Counted from the first letter of the stretch, positions 1 to 13,616 are shown. The stretch is 64,000 nucleotides of DNA from Cyanophora paradoxa CCMP329 (GCA_004431415.1 QPMI01000445.1:124001-188000), one strand, 5' to 3'. Made by a program: numbers and translations. The notes: generated from the sequence alone by a model not told the origin.

Positions 1-1022
1 GGCGGCGCCGGCGCCGGGTTCAGCACCACTAGCATGCCCCGCTGCGCCCCGCCGCCTCGGCCGGCGCCTTGGCGGGGTGGGGAGCGGGCGGGCGAGGCGG
101 GCGGGCTGACCTCGCGGGCCATCTTGGCGGCCTTGATGCAGACGGGCATGGGGACCTCGAGCTGGAGGAGGAGCACGCGGGCGGTGGCGAAGGCCGGGGC
201 GGCGCGCGCGACGTCCTCGTCGGCAAGCGCGTGGTTCGCGCGGGGCACGACGATGATGCTGTTCCGCCCCGCCGCGTCCACCACGATGTGCGCCACCCCC
301 GTCCCGTTCTTCGCGTCCACCGTCAGGTAGTCCAGGCTGCCGCGCGGGCGCGGGCGCGCGCGCGTCGGTGTCGGTTCGGCGCGACGGCCGCCGGCGGCCG
401 GTTCGCGGGAAGGGGCGCACCAGAGCTCCGGCTCGTTGCCGATCTCGTCCATGATCTGCTTCCCGAACGCGTCGTTGCCGATCTTGCCCACCATCACGAC
501 GTGCCCGCCCTGCGGCCCGTCAGCGCCGCCGGCCCGCCGGCGCCGGCGAACACGCGCGGCCGCGCACCATCCTCGCACACGCGACCGCCTGGTTCATGCC
601 CTTGCCGCCCACGAACGTCCCGAACGCCTCTCCGGTCACGGTCTCGCCCAGCTGCGGCGCCCGCGGCGCCTTCGCCACGACCTGCCGGCGCCGCTCATGA
701 TCAGCCCCGCCCGGCGCGGCGCTGCCGCCGGGGCCACGTTCCGCGTGCGCACGTCGACATTACAGCTGCCTACGACGACGACGTTCGGCGGCACGCTTAT
801 GGACTTCCTGCGCTGCGAGGCGGTCAGCGCCGACCGCTGCAGGCCTAGGTCGCGCTAGAGTGCCGTTCCGATAACCGGCGCGTGGCGGCACGGTCTGGCT
901 TGTGCAACAGCGCGCGATGGACGAGGAAAAGCGAGGCCGGCGCCTACCTTGGCCGTCGCGACGAGCGCTGTCTCGCTCGAGCCGGCGCCGCTGACCATCG
1001 AACTGGAGCTGCTCTCCGACAT
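1..1022 (-). CDS. RBKS: Ribokinase (PfkB family), spliced, 3' part runs off the window start
   Basis: Spliced exons give MSESSSSS...NVVVVGSCNVD, GETVTGEAFGTFVGGKGMNQAVACARM, VMVGKIGNDAFG, TGVAHIVVDAAGRNSIIVVPRAN and VLLLQLEVP, all ribokinase motifs. Confidence 0.9.
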
Positions 1023-1699
1023 GTGATGGCTAAGCCGTCGCTCACGTAACGTCGCTGAGCGGTCGGCGGGCTACCAAAAATGGCTCGGGGCCCCTCGCTG
1101 ACGCACTGCGGCAGTCGAATGATGAGGTCGTAAATGACTTTGGCTTTCTGAATTCAGGCGCTCGGAAAAGGTCCGCGCTGACAATTTGATGTTCTAGTGC
1201 TCGGCAGAGCGCGCCTGCCTTGCCAGTGAGCGAGCGGCGCCGGTCACGGCTGTGTCCCGAGTTCACGTACCCCCAGATCCGAAATGATTCAAATGAACCT
1301 CGCGCCCATCGCCCGCGGCCTCCTCGCTGTCGTGTTTCTCGTCGGCGGTGCCGCTCGCACGCGCCGGAGCGCGCCGCGCAGCCTTCTCACCCCTCGGGCG
1401 ACTGAGCTACAGCGCGGTGCACATTGATAACACTGGCATACTAGCTGCGGACAACGCTAGCTAGAAGCGGCGGTGCTAACTACGGGGCGAGAAGCCGCGG
1501 ACGACGCAGGCAGGGCCCTCTGAAGGGGGGCGTGCACTCCCCCTGGGATGCGGAAGATCCGCCGGCGGCGGCGCCAGAGGCGCCGCCGCTACGGCCAAGC
1601 CAGAGGCGAGACCGGGTGCCGAGGCCATCGAGGCTCTTACCGGCACAAGGATCTCGTCTAGAGATCCGCGGGGGTCATACGATCCAGGGGGGGACAAGT

Positions 1700-2487
1700 G
1701 GTTCTTGGGACAAGTGGGATTTCGTTGACCGCGGTCTCAGAGTCTCGTTGTCTCTCGGTGCTCGCCAGCTCGTCGGCGTTCGCATCGGCCGGCGTCCCTG
1801 TAAGGTGTGATACTCTCTGCGTCGCGACATCGACCGCGCCGTTCCGCGCCGCGCCGCAACATCCCTCTGCAGCATCGCGCCCGCCGCAGCCTACCTCAGC
1901 ACCGCCTTGGAGCTCGTCGGCAGTCTTTTGCTGCTGATGGTGCGGCGCACCCTCCCCGCGCCGCGCGCCGCTGGCCAAAACCCAACCAACCGCACCACTC
2001 GAGCGCGCAGGGCTTCCGGGCGCGGCTCGGCGCGTCCCTTCTCATCGCGTTCCTCCTCATGACAACGTGTGCTCGCTCACGCGGCTGTGCTCGCTCGAAG
2101 AGCTGTGCTGCTGCAGCTGTGCGACGTGTACGTACGAATCCGATCGAACCTGAGCTCGAGCTCGCATGCGCAGGTTCAGCCTGCACGCGTTCTGGAGGCT
2201 CGGGGCGGCCGATGAAATCTCCGCATTCTTGAAGAACATCTCTCTCATCGTGCGCGCGCTCGTGCGGGTCCCTCGCGCACCCGGGGAGCCGCGCGGGAGC
2301 CGGCCGAGGCTTCCGTCTAGATTTCGATTTGAATTCCCGGGGGTGCGTCCGTGCGCAGGGAGGTCTCCTGCACGTCATCGCGGCGGAGCCGGATCGCGCT
2401 CTGGGCCTGGGCCAAGTGGAGAGGAGGACCGCCGCGCTGTCCGGGCTCGCGGCGGGCGCCCGCGACATCGACGAGAAGACGGAGTAG
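1700..2487 (+). CDS. DoxX/SURF4-like membrane protein (5' end uncertain)
   Basis: Exons give IAPAAAYLSTALELVGSLLLLM-GFRARLGASLLIAFLLMTT, FSLHAFWRLGAADEISAFLKNISLI and GGLLHVIAAE...DEKTE*, matching the DoxX pattern (ELxGGLLLLLG.xxR...HxFW...FLKNxS.xGG). Start codon not resolved. Confidence 0.65.
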
Positions 2488-2671
2488 AGCCGAGGCAGTT
2501 AACGTTTCCCACGCACCGAGTGCGCGATATTGTACAGCAATTGTCAAACGCATCGACAGCGGCACGCGTACGGACCGGCCAGAATTTGATCCCAGGTTAG
2601 GGTACAGGGCATTCGCGGTGGTGGTGTGAATGGGACAGGGCCAGTCACAGGGGTCCAAACAAAGCAACGAC

Positions 2672-3420
2672 ATGGCGACTCGCGCACTGATCAACGATTT
2701 GACATGTGAGCGCCGCGCGCGCCCATGTGGGTTCGAGGCGCGTGCTGACGAGCGATGCGCGTGGCCACCGCGGCAGCTAAGAACAAGGTGCGCTCGTGAA
2801 GGTAGACAGCAAGAGCGAGATGCGGCGTCCGGGAATGGCTAGCGCTCCCCAGGAATGTCGATGTCTTGTCGATGCCGGTTCGGGATAAGAGACAACGCGC
2901 TGCTGACGCGCCACCCTCACTCAGATCATGATGTTCTCAAAAGCCTATTGCCCGTGCGTCGCATCGCGCCGCGCCTCCCAAACGCCGCGGCGAGCTAATG
3001 CTCCCCTCGGCCATGGCCAGGTACTGCGTGAAGGCCAAGGAACTCTTCAAGAGCCTCGGCGAGCCGTACCACGCAATCGAGCTGGACGAGCGGGACGACG
3101 GCTCGACCATTCAGGCAGAGCTGGCCACGATGACAGGCCAGCGGACCGTGCGCACGCGCCCGCCTACTTCTTTGTTGCTTCGCGCGGGAGCGCTAGCGAA
3201 CGCTGACGCGGCGCTCTTCCGCGCAGGTGCCGAGTGTCTGGATCGTGCGCACGCTCACTCTGATGCCGATGCGCCTCGCTGCCGCGAAGCCTGACGCGCT
3301 GACCGCGCCGCGCCGCGCCGCGGCCGCATGCAGAACGGGCGCTTCATTGGCGGGTGCGATGACACGCACGCCAAGCACCGCTCGGGCGAGCTCGCGAGGC
3401 TGCTCAAGGGCCAGGCGTGA
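2672..3420 (+). CDS. Dithiol (CPYC) glutaredoxin, 6 small exons
   Basis: Spliced: MATRALINDLT-AKNK-IMMFSKAYCP-YCVKAKELFKSLGEPYHAIELDERDDGSTIQAELATMTGQRT-VPSVWI-NGRFIGGCDDTHAKHRSGELARLLKGQA*, with CPYC, TVP and GGCDD motifs. Confidence 0.93.
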
Positions 3421-3611
3421 GGCTCGCCACCGGCTCCGGGTCCAAGCTAAGTACTAGTGTAAAGAATCCACAAAGCAGCGAACGCGCATATAGCGGCTCG
3501 GCTTGTGCGGCGAAAGCAAGGGATCTATTGAAACGAAGCGTAGAGGGATCGCGGGGGGAAGATGTGGAGGCGGGCGGGGCGGTGGGAATGCGGAGGGGGC
3601 GGGGGCGGGGG

Positions 3612-6600
3612 CTAGGGGATGTTCATGACGGGGATGGCGGCCTGGGCGGCGCTCGGCTGCCCGCTGCTCGCCTTGGGCTTGCCCATGCCCGTCCCCTTGA
3701 CGAAGAGGGAGGCCGAGGTGCCGAAGGCGGCCGTCGGGAGCGTGTACTGGATCGGCGACTTGTACACGCAGCGCCACTTGCCCGTGTCCAGGTCCTGGTA
3801 CTCGTCGTGCGGGTCGTCCTCCCCCTGCGCGCCGGGTACGCTCGGCTCCGGCAGGGGGGGGGGGTACGGCAGCTGTGCGCACGGGTCCGGTGGAGGGGCG
3901 GCGGGGCCGGTTGCGCGCGAAGATCTTCTCCGCCGAGTCCACCATGACTGCGGGGGGTACGGCCGTCAAGGAGGGGGTACGCAAGCGAGGGGGGGGGGGG
4001 GGGGGCGGGTGCGCACTCTTCATGGTGTCCTCGATGCACTCGGAGCAGAGGCGGGCGGTGACGGGGCTGGAGTGCTCCATGGAGGGGCTCGAGTTGATCT
4101 CGATGAGCCACACGCGCAGCTCCTCGTCGATCATGAAGTCGTACCCGAACAGCTCGCACGTGTTCTGCGCGGCGCGCGCGGTCAGCGGGGCACGCGGGCG
4201 GGGTACAGCGGAATCCCGCCAACCTTGCGGTTCTCGATGGAGTCCTGGGCGGAGGTGAGGGCCCAGGCGGCGACGCGCTTCATCTGGGGGTACACGTTCT
4301 TGTGCCAGACGTCCTCGGAGCCGTAGACGGCGGCGAGGTGCTGGACGAAGGTGGCCATCTCCCACATGTTCCCCTCGATCTCGCTCGCGTCGAAGCGCTC
4401 GCTGTACTTCTGGATGCTGTTGTTCGTGAGGTGCACGAACTTGTCCGAGACGTCCTCCAGCGAGAAGTCCTCCGTCGAGAAGCGCAGGTAACACTCCCCG
4501 TAGAACCAGACCGTCAGGGGGTTCCAGTCGGTGACCAGCACCCACTGCCGGATGTCGAACTTCTTGCGCTGGATGCAGAGCGGGTTCTCGATGTACTTCT
4601 GCACCACCCACTGGTTCTCCTTGCCCTCCCCCGTCAGCTCCAGCACCGCGTGCATGTCGTTCACGCACTGGATCCCTGAGCCCGCCCCGCGGCTCAGCGC
4701 CCGTCCAGCGCGCCCGAGCGGGACGCAGCGCACCGCGGCCGCGGGACTTGCCGGCCGGCTTGACGATCCAGATGTTGCGGGAGCCGTCCATGCTAAACTG
4801 CGGCTCCCGCGCCCGCAGCTCCGCCAGCGCCGCCCGCACCTCCTCCACCCCCGGCATTTCCAGCAGCTTCCCCGGGGGCAGCTTCGGCGGGGCCTCCTTC
4901 TTGCCCTTCGCGAGCCACGTCGAGTAGGCGACCAGCGCCTCCCACTCCTGCCGCGTCAGGGACCACACCCGGTCCTGCGCCTGCGGCCCCCGGCGTCAGC
5001 GGCGGCGCGGGGCCGAGCCGTCGGGGCGGGGCGGGGCGGGGCGTGCCTGGATGTCGCCCTCGTCGACGAACTCGGAGGACTCCTTGAGGCGGCGGCGGGC
5101 GGCCTTGAGGGCGAGGCCGACGAAGTGCGGCTCGAGGCTCGACTGCGGCCCCGCCGCGTCGTACCGCTTCAGCAGGCACTCCGCCGCCAGGCACCGGAAG
5201 TCGTCGATCCAGTCCTGCCGCCCCCGTCAGCGAGCGAGCCCGGGAGACAGAGGCGCGGGGCGGGGCGGGCGGGCGGGAGGTGGGGCGGGCCTGGCGGTCG
5301 CCGGGGTCGTGGAGGTCGTAGCAGCGGGGGAAGAAGGTCTCGATGTCGACGTTCTCGAACCACTGCAGGTTGCGCAGGTTGCGCGCCAGCCCCACCTTCG
5401 TCGTCACCTCCGTGTTCTTCGAGAAGTCTGCCGCCGGCGGCGGGGGAGAGGCAGCGTCGGGGGCGGGCGCGGCGCGGCGCGGGGGAGGGGCGGGGCTGGG
5501 CGCACGGTTGACGATCTGGTTGCGCTTGAGGTTCTTGTGGTCGATCTCCTTGCCCCGCAGCGCCCACTTCAGGTCGAACCACGGGCTCTCCTGGTCTGCC
5601 CCCGGCGCCCCCCGCGCGCTGTTCAGGGCCGTGCCCCCCGGGCGGAGCGCATGCGGCCAGGGGCGCACCGGTGTTCTCGAACCAGCCGCGGGCGAGGAGG
5701 GAGCGGCGGACGTCCGGGTAGCACCCCGTGATGATGAAGACCTGCCCGAGGGGGCCGCAGGTCAGCTCCCCCGGCCCCGCGCCCCCTCCACCGGGCGGGG
5801 CGGTGCGGGGCGGGCCTTGGTGCTCTCCCCGATGCCGTTGCGCTTGCGCCAGATGGCGAGCTCGATCTCCTCGGCGGCGCCGGACTTGCGGAGCGCGCGC
5901 GCCTTGCTGACGATCTGCGCGTGCTGCACGGCCGCCGCCGTCTGCGCGTACGGCGAGCCGCCGGGGACCGTCTCCCCGTTGAACGTGATCGCCCGCGGCA
6001 GCTTCTTCCGCCCCTCCGCCTTGCGCGGCGACCCGTTCGAGGGCCCCGGCGGCGGCGGCGGCGCGGGCCCCGGGGAGGGCGGCCCCGGCCCGTCCCCGGC
6101 CTCCTCCCCCTCCTCCCCCTCCGGGATGGACGCCGGCTGCGCCCCCGCCCGCTCCGCCGCTCGGCCCCGCCCCGCGGCGCCGGCGTCGGCGCCTCGGGGG
6201 CGGGGAAACGGACCTGGGCGGCCTCCTTCTGCCTGGCGCGCCAGGCCTCGACGTCGGCCTCGGGCCCGCCCTGGAGCTGCCGCTGGGCGGCCTCCACCTC
6301 CCGCTTCCACGCCGCCGACTTGCTCTCCTTCAGCTTCGCGCACACACTCAGCACCGCCTGCCGCACGCTCTCCCGCATCTGGCCCCCCGCCCGCCCCACG
6401 CCGTCGGCCCGTGGAGGTGACCGCAGGGCCCCGCCCCGCGCACCCGCTCGGCCCGCCTCTCGTTGCGCTCGGCCTTCTTCCTCTCCTCCTCCTTCTTCGC
6501 CGCCAGCATCCGGAGGTACCTGCCCCCCGCCCCGTCGCCCCGCGCCCCGCGCCCGGCGTCCGGCGTCCGGGCCCCCGGCGGGGCGCACTCCTCCTGCCTC

Positions 6601-7424
6601 CTGGCGGCCTCCTGCTTGGCCTCGCGCTTCTTGCGCTCCTCCTCCGCGTTGGAGGGCGACGTCGAGGCCGGCTCCTCGGCCACCCCCGCCATCGGCATCA
6701 GCCGCGGCGGCGAGGGCATCGAGCTCGACCGCCCCCGCATCACCGCCCTCGGCTCCTGCGCGCCGGCCTCAGCGGGCGGCCCTCGGCGGAGCGAGAGCGA
6801 GGGCGGACGCGCCTCGGGGTGCGCGGCCTCGTCCGGACCGGGGCTCTCCTGTCCCGCGTACTGCTCTCTCCTCTGCGAGCGCGCGCGTTAGCTGCCGCTC
6901 CTGCGCGCGAACGGGAGCCGCCGGATCGCACTCGCGTGGCTTCCTCGAGTATCTGAGCGCGCAGCTTTGCCCGATAGGCCTCCGCCCGCTGACCGCATGC
7001 GTCAACTGGGGCGGCCCGTCCAGGGCCGGTCAGCGGCCAAGCGCACCTGCTGCTTTGCTGCCCTCGCTGCCTCGGCCTCTCGCCTGCGTGCGCGCGCGTC
7101 ACGGCGAGGCCCCCCTGAGCCGGGGCGATTCAAGGGACCTTTGCAACGACAGGCTTCGCAAGTACTGCAGGTTCCGTGCGTGCGCGCCGACGACCGGCCC
7201 GCCGGCGTCCGTCTCTTGAGCGTACATCGGCGGGAGTCCTTGCCTGTCCGGTTCAGCCGCCTCAGGCACTGCGGGACCGTCGACGTCAGTGCCAACAAAG
7301 GAAGGGCAAGGCAAGCTGGGGCGAATCCCAGGCGATCCGCACCGATGGCCATAGCGTCTAGCTGTATCGTGGCCATCATGGCCGGATCTATTAGCTGCTC
7401 CATCACGTAGCCAGGGTCTTCCAT
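3612..7424 (-). CDS. TTLL3: Tubulin glycylase, TTLL3/TTLL8-like (TTL family); N-terminal start uncertain
   Basis: Motifs FDLKW, TTKVGLARNLRNLQWF, TFFPRCY, MDGSRNIWIVKPAGKSRGRG, WVVQKYIENP, KFDIRQWVLVTDWNPL, HLTNNSIQK and ELFGYDFMIDEELRVWLIEINSSPSM. Stop codon at 3612-3614. Confidence 0.85.
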
Positions 7425-7598
7425 CTCGCGTCACGCCCCGCCCCCGCCGGCGCTGCACGCGCGAGGCCCCCTTGCAATCGCTTCTGCTTCACTAGCACAG
7501 CTTCTCGAGCGCTGCAGCGTCCGCGCTCTCTACCAAAACGGCCGGCAATTGCGTATATGCCTCTACCCGGGACCCGTTCCCCCCCCCACGAGGCAACG

Positions 7599-8209
7599 AT
7601 GCAGGCGGCGAACCCTGCAGCCGAGGTCCTCTTCGCCAACGAGCTCGCCGCCGAACCGAGCAGCTGGCGCGGCCGTCAGGTTCGGGTCGCTGGCCGGTCC
7701 ATTCCGCCCTGCGCCGCTGCAGCGGGCTCTAGGTCTCACCCGAGCGCGCGTGCGGTGGCAGGTTGGCAGCGGTGGACTTCTTGGGCGGAACCGCGGTGCT
7801 GGAGTGGCGGGGCGCGCGCGTGGATGTGGACACGTCGACCCTCGCGCTCGCAGCGGCCGCCCGGCTGCCGGAGCAGTACGAAGAGAACGTTGAGTTTATT
7901 GGGGAGTTCGTGAGCGACAGTCGCAAGGTGCGCGGCCGTCTGCCGGCGCCGCCCTCGAGCTCCGGTTGGCCATGGACGCGCTCAAGCTCGGTGCAGGAGT
8001 CGGGCTACGCGCTGCGGCCGTACATCGCGCGGCGGCTCGAGGACGACATGGAGCTGCGCGAGGAGGCGCTGCGCGTCCGCCGCGCCTTCCTCGCCCGCCT
8101 CCAGCTCCCCGGCGGCCAGCAAGCCCCGGCCGCTCCCGCGCCCGCGCCCGCGGCGCCGGCCGCGCCCGCCTCGAGCTCGGGAGCGTTCCCCGCGGCCGCG
8201 GTTAAGTAG
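7599..8209 (+). CDS. TEN1: TEN1-like small OB-fold protein (CST telomere-capping complex subunit)
   Basis: Three exons: ...GRQVRVAGRLAAVDF..TAVLEWRGARVDVDTSTL...VEFIGEF...LRPYIARRLEDDMELREEALRVRRAFL. This resembles the TEN1 pattern (xRVxG.L..YD...INT...YQFIGEL...ARxVDGxD..LY...L.xRxF); recognised by eye. Confidence 0.62.
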
Positions 8210-9275
8210 CGACCGCGCCCACCCGACTCTCCCCACCGCCTCAACTGCGGACTTCCCCATCGGGCGAGTGTGGCCCAGTGGGCCTCCGGGCTCGGCTCGA
8301 GCGGGTTTCCGCGGGTCACGAGTGACTCGCCATGATCCAACAACCGACGGTTGTACTCATGACCTCCGAACTGCGCGGGCTTCGTCGCGCTGAGAGGGCG
8401 CGGTTCAGGTTTGCCCCTCGCCGGCCGCCGCCATGGCGCGGTCAGAGCTGCAGCTAATCGTGCGACGTCGACAGCTGCAGGTCGGCCGGGCGCCGGCCCC
8501 GTCGCAGACGTCAACTTGCATTCGAACGCGCGCGTACGGCCCGCATCGCGGATCGCTCGCGGCAGACGCCGACTTCGCCGGCCGCCTCGCGGCAGCACGC
8601 GCAGCGATCAATGCCGGGGGCACTGAGCTCGGACTGGCGCGGTTGTCGCTTTCTTCTCTCGCCCCCGGCCGCCCTTCATTCGCTTCATAGCTAGCGCCCT
8701 CTTCCCCTTTCTTCTTGTGTACACCCTTTCGTGCGCAACAAGTCGCTGCGGTCACTGAGTAAACAATCCACGACTTCTGCCTCGCTGCCGGAATATTTAT
8801 GCGATTGCCAGGGCGGAAGGGCGTCGCCAGCTGCACGTGTGAGCCCGGGGTCAGATGATATTACTGTACTGTAACTTAGTGATATTAATGCATATGCGGC
8901 AAGACTCGAGATCTGGATCGATATCGATATCTATATATATAGCTTGTTCGATATCTGATCATGGGACACTGCAGCTGAGATATCGATCGAATTAACTTCG
9001 GGCGCCGAATCGCTTCAAGGCTGAAGTGATCGTGACTTAAAAAGCTTGTACCGTAGTACTTCACTTCAGCTTCCGCAAGTTAAATTCAGACTCGGCAAGA
9101 ACGACCGTCAAGCCTTGGGAGTCGGAGGCCCTGCGAGGCTGAGGACTGCTTGATTATACCCCAGTAATTCACGGCGACGTGAAATAGTCGTGAGCGTCAC
9201 GAAAACAAATAAATCTCGATAAATACAATACAATAGTCAGCGAAATGCGACCTGCATGCGCGCATGCGCAGCTAC

Positions 9276-9374
9276 AGCTGCAGCTGCAGCTGCCATGATC
9301 TACTAGAATTAAGTCTAGTGCCAGGAGCTGCAGCTGCAGCTGCCATGATCTACTAGAATTAAGTCTAGTGCCAG
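9276..9374. repeat. Tandem duplication, 50-bp period, in AT-rich intergenic DNA
   Basis: agctgcagctgcagctgccatgatctactagaattaagtctagtgccag occurs at 9276 and 9326; each unit contains a small inverted repeat actaga...tctagt. Confidence 0.9.
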
Positions 9375-9498
9375 TTTCAACGTTCACTAGATAGGTATGG
9401 ACAATAAGCTAAGTATCATCTAGTACAAAAGAAAAAGCAAAGGCGAGGATCCGAAGCGGAAGCTAAGGGGGGGCGGGGGCGGCGGGTGCGGAGGCGGG

Positions 9499-12400
9499 CT
9501 AGCGGGGCCGGCGCTGGGTGCGGTAGAGGGCGAGCATGGTGGCGGCGCGGAAGGCCGCCCAGAAGGCGAGGAGGGCGCCCAGGTCGGCCCACTTGCTGTC
9601 CCCCTCCAGCCCGTACGCCTCCAGCAGGCTCGGCTGCCCCGCCGTCAGACCTCGAGGGGCGGCGGGGCGGGGCGGGGCGGGCGCACGAGGCCCGGGGTGG
9701 GGGGCCCGCGCCCCTCGAACTCGTTGACGGCGGCGGCGGCGAAGCCGTACGTGAAGAAGGAGCTGTAGTGCAGAAACATCCTGGGGGGAGGGGGCGTGGG
9801 GAGGTGAGGGGCGCGCCGGCCCGGGGCGGTGCGAAGCAGCGGAGAGCGGACCAGTAGCGGGGGACGAGGTGGCGGGGGACGAAGAAGCCGCCGAAGACGA
9901 GGGAGAGGCCGACCGTCGCGTTCGACACGATCACCGCCATCGACGCGCTGCCCCGCCGCCCCCCCGCCCGGCTCGAGGGCGGCGCGCAGGGGGGCGGGCG
10001 GGCGGGCGGGCGGGGGGACCTGGAGGAGAGGGCGGAGAAGAGCTCCGTGCAGCTCGCCGCCACGTTGCTGCGGGGCGGGGCGGCGTCGGCCCAGGGCGGG
10101 CGGGCCGGCCGGGCGGCGCGCAGCGGACCTGACGAGCATGGCCCAGAGGACGTAGAAGGCGAGGGCGGGGCCGTCGGAGCGGAGGCCCACGAGCCCGTGC
10201 ACCACCAGCGCGAACGGCAGCAGCACCACGCAGTTCTGCTTCGAAGCTCAGCCGGGCCGGGCGGGGCGGGGCGGGCCCCCGGGGCGGGGCGGGGGCGCCT
10301 GGGGCAGGGAGACGAGGGTCTTTGCGGCGAAGAAGGAGGCGACGGAGTAGCGCCCCGAGTGGATCTCCCGCGTCATCGTCAGCCGCTCCGCGATGAGCGC
10401 CTCCACGGAGGAGAGGAAGGCGTAGGTGATCAGCAGCGTCACCATGAACAGGCCCTGGCTGTGCAGCGCCTCCAGCTCTGCCCGTGCCGCCCCGGCCACG
10501 CGTCGGGTGCGCCCGGAGCGGGGCGGGGCGGGGCGGGGGCGGACGGGCGGTGGTGGCGCCCTCGCCGTTGGAGCGGAAGAGGCTCCCGATGATGAGGGAG
10601 ATGAGGATGCCCTGCGCGGGAGCAGAGGAGGTGAGCGGGTCTCCGTCGCCCGCCCGAAGCGGAAGGGGCGGACCTGGAGGGCGATGACGATGAAGAGGGA
10701 CGGGTTGCGACGCAGCTGCCCCGCCCCCGGCACCCTCAGCACGAGCCGCGGGGCCGGAAGTAGGCGGCAGGGGCGGGCGGGGGCGGGCGGGGGCGGACGA
10801 GGCGGAAGTTGCGGGAGCAGAGGACGGCGGTCTGGCCGAGGAAGCCCAGCGAGTCGTCCCCCAGCGCCCCCGCCAGGCTCGCCGGCAGGTGCGCCCCCGA
10901 GCGCTGCCCCGCCCCGCGCGCTCAGGAAGGGCGGAACGGGGTAGAGGAAGGAAAGCGAGGGTGGGCGGGGGCACCGCCTTAATGGCGCGGAGGGTGCGGG
11001 CGGTGGAGGCGGCGAGCTGCGACTCCTCGTACCCGTCGAACACCGCCGCCAGACGCTCCCCGTAGCGAAGGCCCCCGGGGCCTGGGCCTGGGGCGAGGCC
11101 GGGGCCGGGGCCGGAGCGTGCGGAGCGGGAGGAGGCGGAGGTGGCGGTGGTGGGGGCGAGCCCCGCCTCGGACTCGAGGTCGGCCTCCGCCCCCGCCTCC
11201 GAGGGGCGCGAGCTCGCGGGGCGCGACGAGGAGGGGGGGGAGGAGGAGCCGGCGCTCGAGCTCCCCGCCTCCTCCTCCTCCCCCGCCGCCCCGTTCGGCG
11301 GCGAGACCACCTCGATCAGGAACTCGGCTGCCGGCGAGGTCAGGCGAGGAGAGGCCGGGGCGACAACGCCGGCGGGGGCGGGCACCCGGGGAGATGCGGC
11401 GGTGGTCGGAGCCGAGGCCGAGGGCGTCGAAGTGGGGGAGGACGCGGTGGAGGGGCCCGAAGTAGGCGGGGCGGCCCTCCGCCAGCAGCAGCAGCGCGTC
11501 GAACATCGAGAAGACCGCGTGCGACGGCTGGTGGATCGTGCTGGCGGTCGAGGTCAGAGCCGGCGACCCGAGCGGGGCGGGGGCCGGGGGCACCAGAGGA
11601 CGGTCTGGCCCTGGAGGGCCATGCCCTTGAGCAGCTCCATGACCCGGTAGGCGTCCGCCGAGGAAAGCCCGCTCGTCGGCTGCGGGCAGCGAGGGGGAGC
11701 TCAGCGCGCGGCGGGGCTCGGGGTCGAGGGGAGGGGCGGGGCGGGGCGGGCCTCGTCGAGGAGGAGGACGCTGGGGGAGCGGATGAGCTCGATCCCGATC
11801 GAGACGCGCCGCTTCTCCCCGCCCGAGACCCCCCGCACGAAGGCGCCCCCGATCTGCGTCCCCGCCGCCTTCTCGAGCCCAAGCTGAGCCAGCACCTGCA
11901 GAGGGGCCCGAGGCGCCCCGGCCTCAGAGGCGGCGCGGCCGCGGGCGGGGCCGGGAGGGGCCGGGCGGGACCTCGTCGACGCGGGCGGAGCGCTGGGCGT
12001 CGGAGCAGGAGGCGGCGAGGGTGAGGCGCGCGCTGAACTCAAACGTCTCCCGCACCGTCAGGTGCTCCAGCAGCACGTCATCCTGCGGGCCGCGCGCCGG
12101 CGGGCAGCGTCAGCGCGCCCGGACCCGGCGCGGCGGAGCGGGGCGGGCCGGGGCGGGCCTGGGTGACGTAGGAGAGGGCGCCACGGAGGAGGCGGGTGTT
12201 GCGGTACCCCGGGCCGACCAGCGGCTCCCCGTTGAGGAGCACGGAGCCCGTCACGCGGCCCTCGGCCGTCCGCCCCGCGATCACGTCCAGCAGCGAGCCT
12301 GCCGGCCGGTCGGAGGGGGCGGGGGGGGGAGCGGAGGGGCGGGCGGGGGCGCACTCTTGCCGCTGCCGGAGGGCCCCATGATGGCGACGAGCTCGCCGGA

Positions 12401-13616
12401 GCGGGCGTGGGCGCTGATGCCGCGCAGGATCTCCCGCCGCTCGCTCCCCGTCCGGAAGCTCGCCTTGGCGGTCGCCCGGATGAAGCGCGTCCGCAGCGAC
12501 TGGCCGCGCCCCGCCACGCGCACGCTGTACCCCACCTCGTGGATCGAGAGCACCGTCTCGTGGATCGCCCGCGAGAGCGTCCGCGAGAGCGACGCCGCCG
12601 GCGCCGCCCTGAAGCCCGGCCGGGGGTAGGGCCCCGCCGGCTCGTCCAGGGGCACCACGTGCACGCCGGCGGGCCCCGCCGCCGCGTCGGAGGGGCGCTC
12701 CTTGGGGCCACCCTTGGGCGCCAGCGGGGATTCCGGCTGCTCGTGCGGCTGCCGCCTGAAGCGCAGCTGCGGCAGCTCCCGCCCCGCCCCCGCCGCCCCC
12801 GCCTGCGCCGGCCGCTTCGAGCCCGGCGTCCGGGGCGTGGACGGGCCGGAGCTCGGCGGGGGTACGAGGTCGACGTCCTCGGGGCCGAGGGCCTCGCTGC
12901 GGTCCAGGGCGACGACCGCCGGCGGCTCCGGCCGCGCCCGCCGCTCCGGCCGTGCAGGCGGCCGCGGCTTCGAGTCCGGCAGGGGCCGGAAGACGTTGAG
13001 GGCCTCCCGGCTGCGCAGCTCGAGCGTCGCCCGCGCCGCCCGCGGCGGCCCCGCCGGCTCGCCCTCGCCCGGCGCCTCCTCCGGCTCCAGCTGCAACCCG
13101 CGCGGCCGCACCGGCCCCGACGACGCGCTGCGCCTCCGGGCGGCGCGCGGCGCCCCGGCCCGCGCCTCCGGCCTCCTGCCCCCGGCAGCGCGCGGCGGCG
13201 GGAGGTTCCCCCTCTCGAGCGGCTGCGGCGGCGGCGGAGCCGGCGGGTCGTGCTCGACCGCGCTCTCCTCCGGCGGCTGGGCCGGCCGGGCGCCCGGGCG
13301 CCGAGAGTTCGACGGGCGCCGCCTGGGCTCCAAGCGGACGCCGGCCGACTCCCCGTCCTCCAGGTCGGCTGCGCCGCGAATGCGTCAGCCACGAGTTCCA
13401 TTTGAGGAACAGCAATCCCCATGCCCACGGGCCCCGCGGCGCGCGCCGAGCCCGCCGCGGCCGCGAGTGCGCGGCTCGGCGCGCGGAGAGCCCCCGCGGC
13501 GCGCCATACCGGGCGCTCGCGGCCCGGCCCCTAGCACACGAAGCACTGGTTATTTCGCACGCACCGCTCGCCCTTCGGGACCGCGGGCCCTCCGCTCCTT
13601 CAACTTCCAGCCCCAT
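9499..13616 (-). CDS. ABCG (White-like) half transporter with long low-complexity N-terminus
   Basis: Walker [10 protein letters not shown]-loop YVTQDD, signature [12 protein letters not shown], Walker B LLLDEPTSGL and H-loop TIHQPS, then ABC2 membrane segments ([22 protein letters not shown]). Start is approximate. Confidence 0.9.
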
